The notes under the pieces: model-generated
Told to the model about the DNA's origin: nothing
What the model saw: only the letters and a program-made list of their open reading frames with translations
The model's database searches: none
Shown: positions 13,291 through 25,400 of the stretch, piece after piece
Position numbering within the stretch: position 1 is the first letter of the stretch
Layout: the number at the start of each line of letters is the position of its first letter
Translations under genes and position numbers: made by a program
DNA from: Vermamoeba vermiformis
Lineage: Eukaryota
DNA: 64,000 bases
Direction: 5' to 3'
Assembly (NCBI GenBank): GCA_045837725.1
Contig: JBEWZL010000162.1
Span: 62,001-126,000, forward strand

Positions 13291-13704
13291 TTATTTACGA
13301 CCACTTTCAATCTTTTTGTTTTGGTTTGACTGCTGCGTGTTAGCTTCAGGTTCCGATGAACGAGCTTTTAAAAACGATTAGTCGAGCATCCAGTTTATTG
13401 TGCAATTAAAACTATTATTTAACGTGATAATGTACTTACTCGAACGTAGATAATATGCGGCAAGCATTACTACTCCTACACCAGCCCTAAAATTAATTAT
13501 TAATATTTTCAAAATTGCGTCACCAGTGGCTAAAAGCATATTTAATCGATATTCAGCATTAAAAATACTACAAATTGCAAGATAAATATCGAAGTTAATT
13601 TTGAAGGCGACACAAAACTGATCTCACCATCCGTAAGAATTTGCACGACCAAACCATTGCCAGAACTCTTTACGAGTCATCGGCTGAAATTTCTTATTAT
13701 CCAT
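13291..13704 (-). CDS. 65-aa single-TM microprotein (3 exons; absent from the ORF track)
   Basis: Splices in frame to MDNKKFQPMTRKEFWQWFGRANSYGWAGVGVVMLAAYYLRSTRSSEPEANTQQSNQNKKIESGRK* using gtgaga and gtaagt donors. Confidence 0.65.
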
Positions 13705-13882
13705 TGCTATTATTAAGCTCTTTTGTGGTTACAACCAGAGTGACGTTCATTGAAAATCGATTCAATTTCGTTTCAGCTAAAAGCAGCAAACTTTTGTTAT
13801 GTACACCATAACAAAGGCACTTAAAACAGTCACCAGCACTAATAAACCATTATTATTAAGGCTCATTAAATCCGCGAAGCTA

Positions 13883-16487
13883 ATGGGTAATACTGTAAGT
13901 CTTCACCACTTAAACAAGATCGAAGCCCAAGAACGATGGGCTTCAATAATATATATGAAAGTTAATTATTATAGAAATTAATGGTAACATTTAGGGAGGA
14001 AAGCATAAAATATCAGCGGATGTAGAGCACGATGGAAATGTTGTTCTCCCGTGCAATCCCAAATGGACGATCAACGTTGACGGCGAGGTAATAAATTTTA
14101 ATTATAATTTTACAGAATATATTCAGCAATAATTGACCAATTGTAATCATAGAAAGTCTCTTTCTGGAGCCAAGTCGAGAAAACTCTGTCCCAAAAAATT
14201 GAAAACGAAGAACAATTAGTGGTACGTAGTTACATACTTATGCTCGTATTATTACGCTCCTAAATATCTTATTTATAATTTATTGAATACGTAACTTGAA
14301 TTTCCATTTACCTGAGTTCAATTCAGAAAACGCTAGAAACCCTGTATTCGAAGACTTTATACGATGGATTGAAATATTTCTTTAAAAAAGTCGCTAAAGA
14401 GTACGTATCATCTCTACAACCGCAGATCTGACTTCTGAAGACCAAGATCTTCTTTAGCTAACAACACTAATACTGTTTAGCGACGAAAAAGAGCGCTTTT
14501 TCAACCACACATTGCCTGCAATGCAGAAGCTAGTGTTAAAAATGCCGCAATTGGGTAAGTTAAGATTTGACTTTTTGGTTGGATCTGCCCAACGTTGTGG
14601 CAACACGTGTTGATTAAATGAACGAGTATTAATACTTGATTGTTTGCAGTACCTTCTCCTTTACCACTGTTACTTGATGGCGTCAACAAAGAGATCACAT
14701 TGAGGTACGTCAAATTTTCTGCTTAAACAAACCCACACAAAGTTTCAATCGAGCGAATTTATCACTGAATCCGAATTACATCTTGAACGTTTAATTACGA
14801 ACAATTATTTCGTGGTCGGTGAGTTGTGTGATTTTTTCTTCCGTTGACAGGAAGTAGTGTGGCAAGTAGTGACTCGAGCACGAAGCCGCAATGCGTCTCG
14901 GGCACGACCACACTAACAAGAATGCACCGCTTCCCGTCCGATCAGCGAAGTTAAGCTTGTTCAGGCCTTCTTAGTACTGGGGTAGGAGACTACCTGGGAA
15001 TCGGAGGTGTTGTGCTCTTTCTCTTTTTTTGCTTTTTACTGCCCCTTGGCCCGCGACCTTTTTCTCCGTTACGAATTTAAAGAACCAGATCCCACATGTT
15101 TTTTGTAAATCAAGCTTGTTACTGATTTTTGTTGCAGCCAAGAGGCCGTATCGTGCTTAGTGGCAGGAGGGTTTTTCAGCTTGTATCCCGTGCAGCGCTA
15201 TGAAAAACACGAGCACTTCCCATCACTGAACTTCAGAGAGATGTTTTTGCCGTCAATGGATGGCACGTACGGCACACAACAGATCGGAAAACTACGGTGC
15301 TTCTTGAACTACTTTGATCGTGTTACTACCGAAGGTAATCGATTCATCAAATCAATTTCCAAATAAGGAAATGTATTAATTCTTTTTCGTGCCAGTGCCG
15401 ACCGGTCAAATTACTTTCCGTCGTCAAACTTGCAAAGAATACCCTGATTGGTCAAATTCAACCAAGCCAATCAAAAATCTCACCGTTGATGCTAAGAAAG
15501 TCATCGAGGATGCTCACGTAAGTTGTGTATCCGCTTCACTTTTCGAACTAACCAACCACACTAGGGTGCACTTCAAGCCGATTTTGCTAATAAATATGTT
15601 GGCGGTGGCACTCTCGAACGAGTAAGCAATACTTCGCATCTTTTCCTAATTAGGCAAGTAAGCGTTGACAGTCACAACTTAGGGCTGCGTGCAAGAAGAA
15701 ATAAGATTCGCTATTTGTCCTGAATTGACAGCGTCAATGTTGTTCTGCGAAGTGATGGGTCCTAACGACGCTATTATTATGATTGGCGCTGAGCAGTACT
15801 CGACTTATCGCGGATACGGCCAAACATTTACCTTTAATGGAAACCACGTCGAAACTGCTGAACGGTAAAAAATCATTTCGCACTATGAATAGCTTTAGAT
15901 CTGACCCAATTTATTAGCGACGAGAAGAATAGAAGAAAAATTGAAGTGGTCGCAATGGATGGTAATTTTATTACAATATAATTAATGCCAAGCTGAATTT
16001 TCAACTAACAATTTTTTTAGCGCTGGATTTCCGAAGCGTGACGATGAGTCAATATTCAGAGGCCGGTATCAATAGAGAATTGAACAAGGCCTATGTCTCG
16101 TTCATGTCTGAACAGGAGGCCCCTAGCCCAGTCGCCACGGGTAATTGGGGCTGTGGTGTATTTAAAGGAGACGCGCCGTTGAAGGCGATAATACAGCTCA
16201 TCGCGGCATCTCAAGGTACAACAAAAATTCTCGGAATTTTTTTCTTAATTTTGACAATTTGCTATTCAGCTGTGGTTTAATACTTACATTACTAATTTAA
16301 TTGTATAGCTAATCGAGATACGTTGTACTTTTCGTTCAATCGTGAAGATGTCAGTGAACCGCTGATCGAGTTCCATAAGCTCTTGATGGAGAATAAAGTA
16401 ACCGTGGGACAATTATATAGCGCGATATTGAAGGTCGATGGCTACAAAGATTTCTACGCGAGACTGAAAAGCAAATTGGAAAAATAA
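13883..16487 (+). CDS. PARG: Poly(ADP-ribose) glycohydrolase
   Basis: Spliced catalytic loop [29 protein letters not shown] (GGG-x-QEE). Also YSTYRGYG, RELNKAY and VATGNWGCGVFKGD. TAA at 16485-16487. Confidence 0.95.
14900..15018 (+). rRNA. 5S ribosomal RNA gene, inside PARG intron 14705-15137
   Basis: ~119 nt, GGGCACGACC...GTTGTGCTCT, with a closing helix I. Conserved CCCGTCCGATC, GAAGTTAAGC (box A) and TTAGTACTGGGGTAGGAGACTACCTGGGAA (box C region). Confidence 0.95.
15018..15030 (+). terminator. RNA polymerase III oligo-T terminator of the 5S gene
   Basis: TTTCTC followed by T7 at 15024-15030, immediately downstream of the 5S 3' end. Confidence 0.8.
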
Positions 16488-16582
16488 TTTTGTAATTTAA
16501 CGAGAGATCCGGATGAGTAAATAGACGTTGATGATTTTAACAATTGTTCTCATATATAATACATTAGATATTAATATTTTTG

Positions 16583-17244
16583 TTATTCTGAAGGCACTAT
16601 AATATCACCAGCTTCTATTGACCGAATAACTTCGAGCGGATCTAGTCCGTGGACAGTTATTCCAACTATACTTTTAGCGGTGCCTAATATCTCTTTCACT
16701 GTGCCTTGAAATGTTGCAGCCAATGAATTTGGTCGCAGGATTCGTGCGATCTGGTACAGATCCTCCAAAGAAACATTTCCTGTATGAGGCCCTGCATTGT
16801 GCGACCGTTTGCCTTCTTTAATAGCTTTTACTAACAACATTGATGCCGTAGGTATGAGGCTTATAGTCAAATTCCTTCCGGTGACTGTCATTCTGACACA
16901 AATCCGCGTTCTTTGCGGTAAACCAAATTCGTTGCCAACTTTATCTATCTCTTCAACGACTCTTTTAGGCGACTTTAATATTAAATGACCATTGAATTAG
17001 TGTATAATATGCCGCGAAACGAAAAAAAAAGAATAAATTACGAAATAAATCCCAAAAATTCATATTTAATTTTAACAACGACTCACCAGTCCCATCGGAC
17101 CTACAACTGCGGCTAAAGGGCCAGTAACTCCAATTCCAACTTTATGCTTTAAAGTAACTGGCGAGTGTCAAAATTAAATCAACCACTGAACAGTAGGAGA
17201 GAATTACCTTCTCGAGTAGCGTTTGGGTCATACTTGGGTGGCAT
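16583..17244 (-). CDS. RPL12: Divergent cytosolic-type 60S ribosomal protein uL11 (RPL12-like)
   Basis: Three exons: MPPKYDPN..., GPMGLSPKRV, and HTGNVSLEDLYQIARILRPNSLAATFQGTVKEILGTAKS. Confidence 0.85.
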
Positions 17245-17498
17245 TTGTGTTGCAGTTATCCAAAAAGAAATGGGAACCGAAACTTTTGCTACTTTCCGAC
17301 CCTTTTCCTAGTGCAATCTACCAGGGTAACACAAAAAATGTCGTGTCGTGTCAAAAATGTCATTATCGACAATGTACTGGCTGGGTAAGTTTCGTAACAG
17401 GTAAAGCGAAGAAGCAAAAGAGTTCTCTAATACCGAGTAAGATAATTAAAAATAGTTTTATATGAAGAAACAAAGCTTTTTACAAGTTAATAAATTAA

Positions 17499-20400
17499 TT
17501 AATTAGAGGAATCGCTCTCTGATGACTCTTCGGACGAACCAGATTGATTGGATCCGCTTTGCGATTTCTCGTTGCTGCTGGATGCAGATCCGCTGTTCAG
17601 TGAACGCTCATTGCTGTCATCAGAACCGCTTTGAGAGCTGTTCGTCTGACTCGCCGGAGGATTGTTCTTCGCTCTCTTCTGATGAGCCAGATGAGCCAGA
17701 TGAAGATTCTTCGTTGTCAATCTTGATCTCCTTCAATTCAACGTTGTTGCCATTATCTTCACCGTCTCCTTTGCCTAATTAGGAAATATTAGAATATTTT
17801 CACTGGTACTTTGTTTGAGCTGTTTGCTTACCAGCACGAGCCAAAACATCAGCCATTTCACCGTCAACTTCAGTATCGGTAATCTTCAAGAAGACTTCTT
17901 CCAAAGCTAAAGAAAAAAATGGACGAGTTAGATATTGTTTAAAAGCGTGTGAAAAATTGACGTGCGAAAACTTACTAGTATTTGAAATACCCCAATCGAG
18001 AATGTGCAACCGCTCTTTGTTGTCTTCAATAGCTCTGAACAACTTGTGCAATTCAATGTCAGACTTGGGTGCTTCGTATTTAGCAGTGCCTGCGAGAGTG
18101 TTGATCAACTTAGCACGCGGCACGATGCCCAGCAAGAACTGGCGTGCTTGTTCTTCGTATTCAACAGGAGTGGTCAAGACGATCTTAAAAGCTTGGCCCC
18201 ATCGAGTCTTCAACTCAGCTGACGGTCCAACGGCCTTCAATTTACCACCAACGAAGATACCGAGACGATCACACAAGGCCTCAGCTTCTTCCATAGAGTG
18301 GGTAGTCAACATCTGCAAGTCAAAATAAGCATTGATACTTGCTAACATTATCGCCTATGACTTACCATAGAGCAGTGCTTCTTGTAGTTAATGACAGTTT
18401 CCCACAATTGACGACGAGAAGCAGGATCCAAACCACTATTGAGCGATGTATTAGTGAGTTACTATCTGATAATAAACATTGATAGTATTATACTTACGTA
18501 GTAGGCTCGTCCAAAAGAACGACTTTAGGGTTACCAATCAAAGCAACAGCAACACAAAGACGGCGCTAAGGCACAAAGTGTCAGATCCACAAAAATTTTA
18601 CTGGTCATTCGTATTGACTTACCTTCATACCACCAGAGTATTGTCTAGACAATTTTTTGCGAGCACGCCACAAGTTGACTTGTTCGAGCCAGTAGCGCAC
18701 TTGTTGCTTCAATTCTTTACCAGTCAAATTCTTCAATCGGCCGTAGAACTCCAAATGTTCAGGGCCAGTCAAATCGTCCCACAAAACGTTGTCTTGAGGG
18801 CAGACACCTGTATACACATTTTCATTAGATTTGGAATGAATTGATTGGCAGATCCGGTCTGTAAACTTACCCATCTGCAAGTGGATCTCATCCATTTGGT
18901 TGCGGATATCCAATCCACGGATCAAGGCGTAACCCTTAGTAGGTCTCAAGTAACCGCACAACATGTTGATAGTGGTACTTTTACCAGCACTACAAAAGAG
19001 ATAAGAAAATTGCGGATGCAGCACAATCGGTTGACTTACCCGTTAGGACCCAAGAAACCGAAGCATTCGCCTTCATTGATACCCATAGTCAAGTTATTTA
19101 CGGCCACTTTCTTAGGCATACCGTTGACACCCTATTCAAGCCGTTAGTGGATCTGCTCGGATGAGGATCGAGGTAGAAAAGTACTTACAGGATAGACCTT
19201 TCTCAACTCACGGACTTTAATGGCAATGTTGGGATCGTCGTCGCTAACACCGTTCAAACGAGTACGCTCCTTGCTAACGTCAGCAGCCTCTTCTGGGATG
19301 TCACCAGTTGAGTCGTCTTTGCGGATGCACCTCATCTTCTTCGGCAAGAAGAACAACGGATGTTGCTTAACACCAGGACCAATAGGGATAACCAACTCGA
19401 AGTAGATAGCGATCAACATAAATACAGCCCACTAAGTATGGAAAGTTAGTTTGTGAAAACTTTGTTGCGGATGTGGCTTTTGACACGTACCTCGACTGTC
19501 AAGAAATAGTAGACCAAGTCCATTCGATAGAGAGAATCAGTCATCTCGGCAATAGTCATACCAGGACCGTTGAATGAGACGGCTCGAGTCAAGGCATAGA
19601 GACCACGGTAGAATGCAAACGGTGGTATGACCATGATACCTAGCTGCGTCGATTCAGGCGTTTCAGTGGAGGCGAAGTAAGGTTGAATCAATTGCACAGC
19701 CAGTAGACCTATCAAGAACACATAGACGTATCCGACAACTATAATGACATGCGTTAGTCATGTTCGACTTCCAAACCGCCACACAAATGATTAAAATTAC
19801 AATGTAATTATCGTATTATAATTTCCCGTGTCAGTGAAAGAAGCTTACCGATAGCTGTGCTCGAGCGCGTGAAAAACACGGACAACAAGAATGCTGTCGC
19901 CATCAGCGTGTGGCCCCATATAAAGAATAGGAAGAAAATCGGGAAGAAGTTGTTGACGCTGAAGAATCTGAAGCCCATAGCAGCAGCGATACCAATGATC
20001 AAGAACGTCGTGACAAGGTAGATCAAATAGTAAAATATGTATTGCACGAGCCAATACACGGGTGTCTTCAAACCCATCTAGTTTGGCACGCGTTAGATCC
20101 GTTCTATTGTTTAGTTATAGGCTCTAATACGTACCATCTTCATGATCTCGCGGAGCTTGTTTTCTTTTTCGAAGACCATGCCGGACATAATGACTGGCAA
20201 GGACAAATGGAAGATGTAAATGTACAGTTGAGCTAAGATTAAAAACATGGTTAGATCAGATCCAAATAGCCAAAAAATGCTTATTTTAAGGAGTACTTAC
20301 GTCCAATAATACTAATAAGATCGAAATCGTTCTTAGTACGAGGAGTAGGGAAGTTCTTGGTACCGTCTGAAATTGCCATATTTAGTAATTGAAAAATTTT

Positions 20401-22005
20401 AAAATTTCTTCATTATGATTATGATGTTCATACATGAATAGTACTTACAGTTAGTATAAGAAGTCAAGTTTTGGTTCGGCGAGAAAGTCTTCCAAACAGC
20501 GTTGGTAATGAGACCCATCAAGGCCATCAGATCTCGACCTCGTGTAAGGGTCATGTTGTACATCAAGCCGTAGATGACTTGCTTTGAAGACAAGCTGACA
20601 GTACGGAAATCGTAACCTATTAATCATATTAATATCAGATCAAAATATTTCAGAATTTCAAAGTATTTTTGGATCCGGATTTGTAACGGAAATATTTACG
20701 GTCAATATAAGGCGGTTAGTAAATATATTTATGCTTACCGGCTACGTAAGGTCCACGCTTGGCCCAGTCCTCAAAGAAGATATCGTCCATAGCTGTTTTG
20801 CTATCTTCTTGCTGCATCTCGGGGAACACGAAAAACGGCTCGCTGAAACAAAACGATTGCGTGTTGCCTTGACGCAAGTTGGTGTTTCCCTTAAATGCCT
20901 AGTATAACACGACACAATTAATTGCTTGCGTTAAAGTCGAGATTAAGAATTTGAGACTTACTGGCAAAAAGCTGACGGATGTAGTCATGTTGCCTAACAA
21001 TCCTTGGCCGGTGACATTAGGACTCACATAGTCATCCGGCACATCTAAATTATTCGGATTTGGTAGCCCGGCTATAATAATCGAGTTAGTAATGCAAAGA
21101 TAGGTAACTTCGGAAGCGAATCCGAAAAAACGATCGGGTCAAATCTAATCTGCTCAATCACTAAGGATGATTTTAGGAAGCTACTAGTAGTGACTATACT
21201 TACCAAATATACCCACATCCGCATTCCCGTTGTCTGCGTATAAAAATAGACCAGTCGTGGATTGAGGCGACTGGAAATCATCCGAGCACTTCGTAGTATT
21301 CGTGCGAGGCAGCCTAATAGTTTGATCCGTTAGTTAAGCGTTCGGAATACGAAATATTAAGCAAAGAATCACTAAAAAGGGAAAATACAAAGTAAATCTC
21401 GTTAAACTAATGTGATCCGCTCCGTAATCCTTGAAAATCTTCGTATATCTTTGCTATACTTACAATAGTGATGCGGGTTGTAATGCAGGTCGTTTAATAG
21501 CTTCAGTGTATTCACCAGAGCTATCTCGGATGAAGCTCGTGACCAGCTGTTGAATCAAGAACAAAACAAATAACTGCGATAAAAATGTAATTAGCATTAA
21601 GGAATAATATCAATAAAGAATAAGATAAAAATAAGACATTTCGGTTGTAATTTAAAATTGACAACGGTTAGCAGATCCATCCGAAGAAAATTGGTTAAAT
21701 TTCAACTTCTGCAATCTAAAAACGCTTATACATCATAATAATACTTACCAATACTAACGGGAACAATATTTGACAAATATTGGTCTTAATTTGACGTCGC
21801 TATAATGAAAAATATTAGATCAGCACATGTCGGACTAACGTAATTATTTAAATTCCGAAGTAATTAATTATTATTTAATTGATTAGTATTCGCTTACTTG
21901 ATAAGTCCATTGCTTCTTAAACAGAGCAGTAAATTGATTTTTGAACGAGTAAGTAATTAGCTTTGAGCCTTGTGGGGCATTGACGTTGATCCTTGAATTT
22001 TGCAT
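17499..22005 (-). CDS. ABCA-family half transporter (TMD-NBD) with acidic Ser-rich tail
   Basis: N-terminal QFTALFKKQWTYQRR, MGLK..YW, Walker A GPNGAGKST, GVCPQD, signature YSGGMKRRL, DEPT and TTHSMEEA, then LEEVF. One +1 frameshift near 17640 in the tail. Confidence 0.92.
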
Positions 22006-22415
22006 TTGCGGATAGGACAAATTACAATATCGTAATTAATGTCTGGTGTTGGCGGAGACTTGATCTGAAACCGCCTTGCACTCTACAAAATTCAAAACAA
22101 AATAAATAGATTCAGCTGCTGTGGTGGCCAAAAAGCTGTCTTATCGGCTTAATTGCGTCGCGTGAGCTCTTAGTTTGGTAATCAGCTCTATCGTGGTCAC
22201 CGTCGCGCGCTGTGTTAACCAAAAACGCCTCAATTATTTCCATTTTTAAACAAAAAAAATTCCTACGGAAATAATTTTCTTACGGAGATAGGTTTTTGTG
22301 ATCGGTGTTACGCTCGCGAGACAATTAGCAACGTTCTTAATCCAGTGACAACTACAAATTGTTCCGAAAACGATCAATTTAGTTCAATTCGGTCAATTAC
22401 GAGCACAGATCTGAA
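22006..22415. promoter_or_regulatory. Putative bidirectional promoter of the ABCA pair
   Basis: 410 bp between divergent ATGs at 22005 (-) and 22416 (+). Positional inference only. Confidence 0.5.
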
Positions 22416-25400
22416 ATGGCGAAACATAACGTTTGCGCGCAGGCCTTTCGAGACCGTGCGCGTCAATCTTCGCTGTTGCTCAAGAAGAACCTTATTTTAA
22501 TGGTACGTAGACTTTCCGACGTGATTTAAGGGCATTTACTAAACGGGATGCAGCAAAAATTGAATTACGTTGGAAAATTAATTTAATTTCAATATTCCTT
22601 GAACTGACCGTTCGTAGGTTCGTAACAAAAAGGCGTCAATTATCCAAATTCTTGTGCCGATAGGATTTATAGCCGTTGTAAGTCGATTTAGACCTAGATG
22701 AAGTTCAAATTACCCCCAATATTGATTAATTTACCTGTAGTTATTTTTATTACAATTTGCCAACCAAGAAAATGATAGAAGATCGGTAGACAGACGATAT
22801 AGTAAGTTTTGAATTTCGGATTCGTTACAACGTCATACACAAAAGACACCAAGCGGTTACGTAACAACTATTAATACTAAAATTTACAATTATTTTAGCC
22901 CGAAATTCTTCGGATCAGCCTATCGTGCCTATTCCCCGTTGCAATAAATTCCCCGACAAGGATGTCTGTTACACTTTGGCTTATACAAACTCACGCGATA
23001 AGAATGTGCAGCTCATTATGGAACAAGTAAGCCCAATAATATCATATTTACATAGGCGTATTATATTACCTTGTGAAACGTAAAATGTGTCGCGCGCCAG
23101 ATTCACTAACGATTATTTCGCGAGCAGATCAAGTACGATAATGAAATACCCGACGAAGAGGTGATAACATTCATAAGCGAGTCGCAATCTAATGTATTCT
23201 TATTGAATAATCCGAACATGACGACTGCTGGTACGTGGATTTGCTTCGAAAAAATTCATTATCAATTCTAAGTGCTTCAAATTTAGTGTATCATATTACC
23301 CTCGATTACGGATGTGACTCTATATCGTCAGCTTACGCTAGGGAGGTTTGCTTCGGTCAAGAGTACGTCATCATGATTTTGTAGCGGAGCTCAGATCTGA
23401 CTTTGAATTTAATAGGCATGATTTGGATGAGATCCGAGGCATGCGATATGTGTTGCAATATAACAATACGTTCACTGGCTACAAAGGCACATTTGTCGAT
23501 CCATTCCCTGTCGTAGCTCTGCCTTTCTTACGCGCACTCGATCGAGCAGTTTGTAAGTCGGACAACTTATTCCTATACTCCTAGATACTCATATTGCATA
23601 TAGTCTGGCTTTTCGGTCGCGTAGAGTACGAAGTGGTGTTACTTCCCTTCCCACATCCAACTTTGGCTACGACCGACGTGATTGGTACTGTTGGTCCTTA
23701 CTTTTTCTTCGGCGCATTGATGTTCAATTTTGTTATTCAAATTGGGCAAATTGTAACGGAGAACGAGTTCAAACTACGAGAAAGCATGAAAGTCATGGGT
23801 CTCAGAGTAAGTTATTACCAAATAAGGAAATCTCGAGCAAGTCACGCGATGAGATTAATCGTTCCAAAAATAGGACTTTTCGTTCTGGTTCACCTGGCTA
23901 GTGACTAACATCATTATGAACACGATCTCCGTGCTCATCTTGATCTGCGCCGGATTACTCTTCCAATTCCCTTTCTTCCTCAAAAACGATTTCCCGCTCT
24001 ACTTGATCCACTTCTTTTTGTTCGGTTTGTCCATGGTCCCTGCAGCCCTATTCGTAGCTACATTGATCAAGTCTGCTTCTACGTCAAGTAAGTAATACAA
24101 CGGAGTTTCATTGGTCGCGCGATGTACTGTATTGTTGTCGTCGTGGGAAATTTCATAATCATTCATGAACGACATTTCTGATATTTCCTATTATAGCCTC
24201 CCTCGGCTTCATTATTTTCTTGGTCGGATCGATTATCCAAGTTGCAGCAGGCCAGATTTATCGTGAAGAAGTCAACTTGGGATGGCGAGTGGTCTTCTCT
24301 TTCTTCCCATTTGCAGTTTTCTCCAAGGGTTTGAGTGACTTGGGCCGATACGCACGTGACGACAAGAACGGCATGAGATGGGAAGAACGAGCGGATTATG
24401 GATTCTTCCCTCTGTCGGAACAATGGAACTGGTACGGCATTGACATTGGCATCTACATTGTCTTGACTTGGTTCTTCGACGCCGTGTTGTACTTGAAGCT
24501 CAAGCCTTGGTTCATGTTCACTAGATCTTATTGGGTCGGCGCCAAGAAGAAATCCGTGCAAAAGGTAACTTTTGGCAACGAAAATTCTCCACGCTAGCAT
24601 TTCAAACCCTAACGAATATGTGTGCAGGCGAGTGCTGATGACGATGCAGCTATTGAGTTGCTCGAGAGTGTCAAAGACGTCGATGTGCGTGAAGAAGAGG
24701 ACATGATCAAGTCAGGTCAGGTCAGCGACAAGGCTGCCGTTGTGTTGAACAGACTCGTCAAGACTTACCAAAAGAAGTCATGTGGCTGCTGTCCTACAGC
24801 TGGTGGCATCTTCCGTGCAGTCAAAGGCACTTACTTGACCATGTAAGTATCGCTCAAATACGTTCAGTTGCACGAACACTTTTACTCATGTTTTGTTCGT
24901 AGTGACGAAGGCAATTTGCTCGTGTTGTTGGGTCACAACGGAGCAGGCAAGACCACCACTATCGGCATGCTGACTGGTCTGTTGTCACCCACTGCCGGTG
25001 ACGCGTTGATCTTCGGCAACTCTATCATCAGCGGCATGGACGAGATCCGTAAAGTGATGGGTGTTTGCCCTCAATACGACGTATTGTGGAACCAATTGAC
25101 CGGTCGCGAACACTTGGAATTGTTTGCTGCTTTGAAGGAAGTCAGCAGAGGCCAACTTGAACGCGAAGTCGTAGAGCGTTTGACCGACGTTGACTTGCTC
25201 AAGGCTCAAGATATTCCTTCGGGCAATTATTCCGGTGGTATGAAACGACGTCTGTCAGTCGCTATTGCCTTAATTGGTAATCCCAAGATTGTGTTCTTGG
25301 ACGAGCCAACTACGGGCATGGATCCAGTCTCAAGGTATGACACGGTGTCATTTGCCTCGGAATTTCACGATATTAACATTTCCTTTTATAGACGTAAAGT

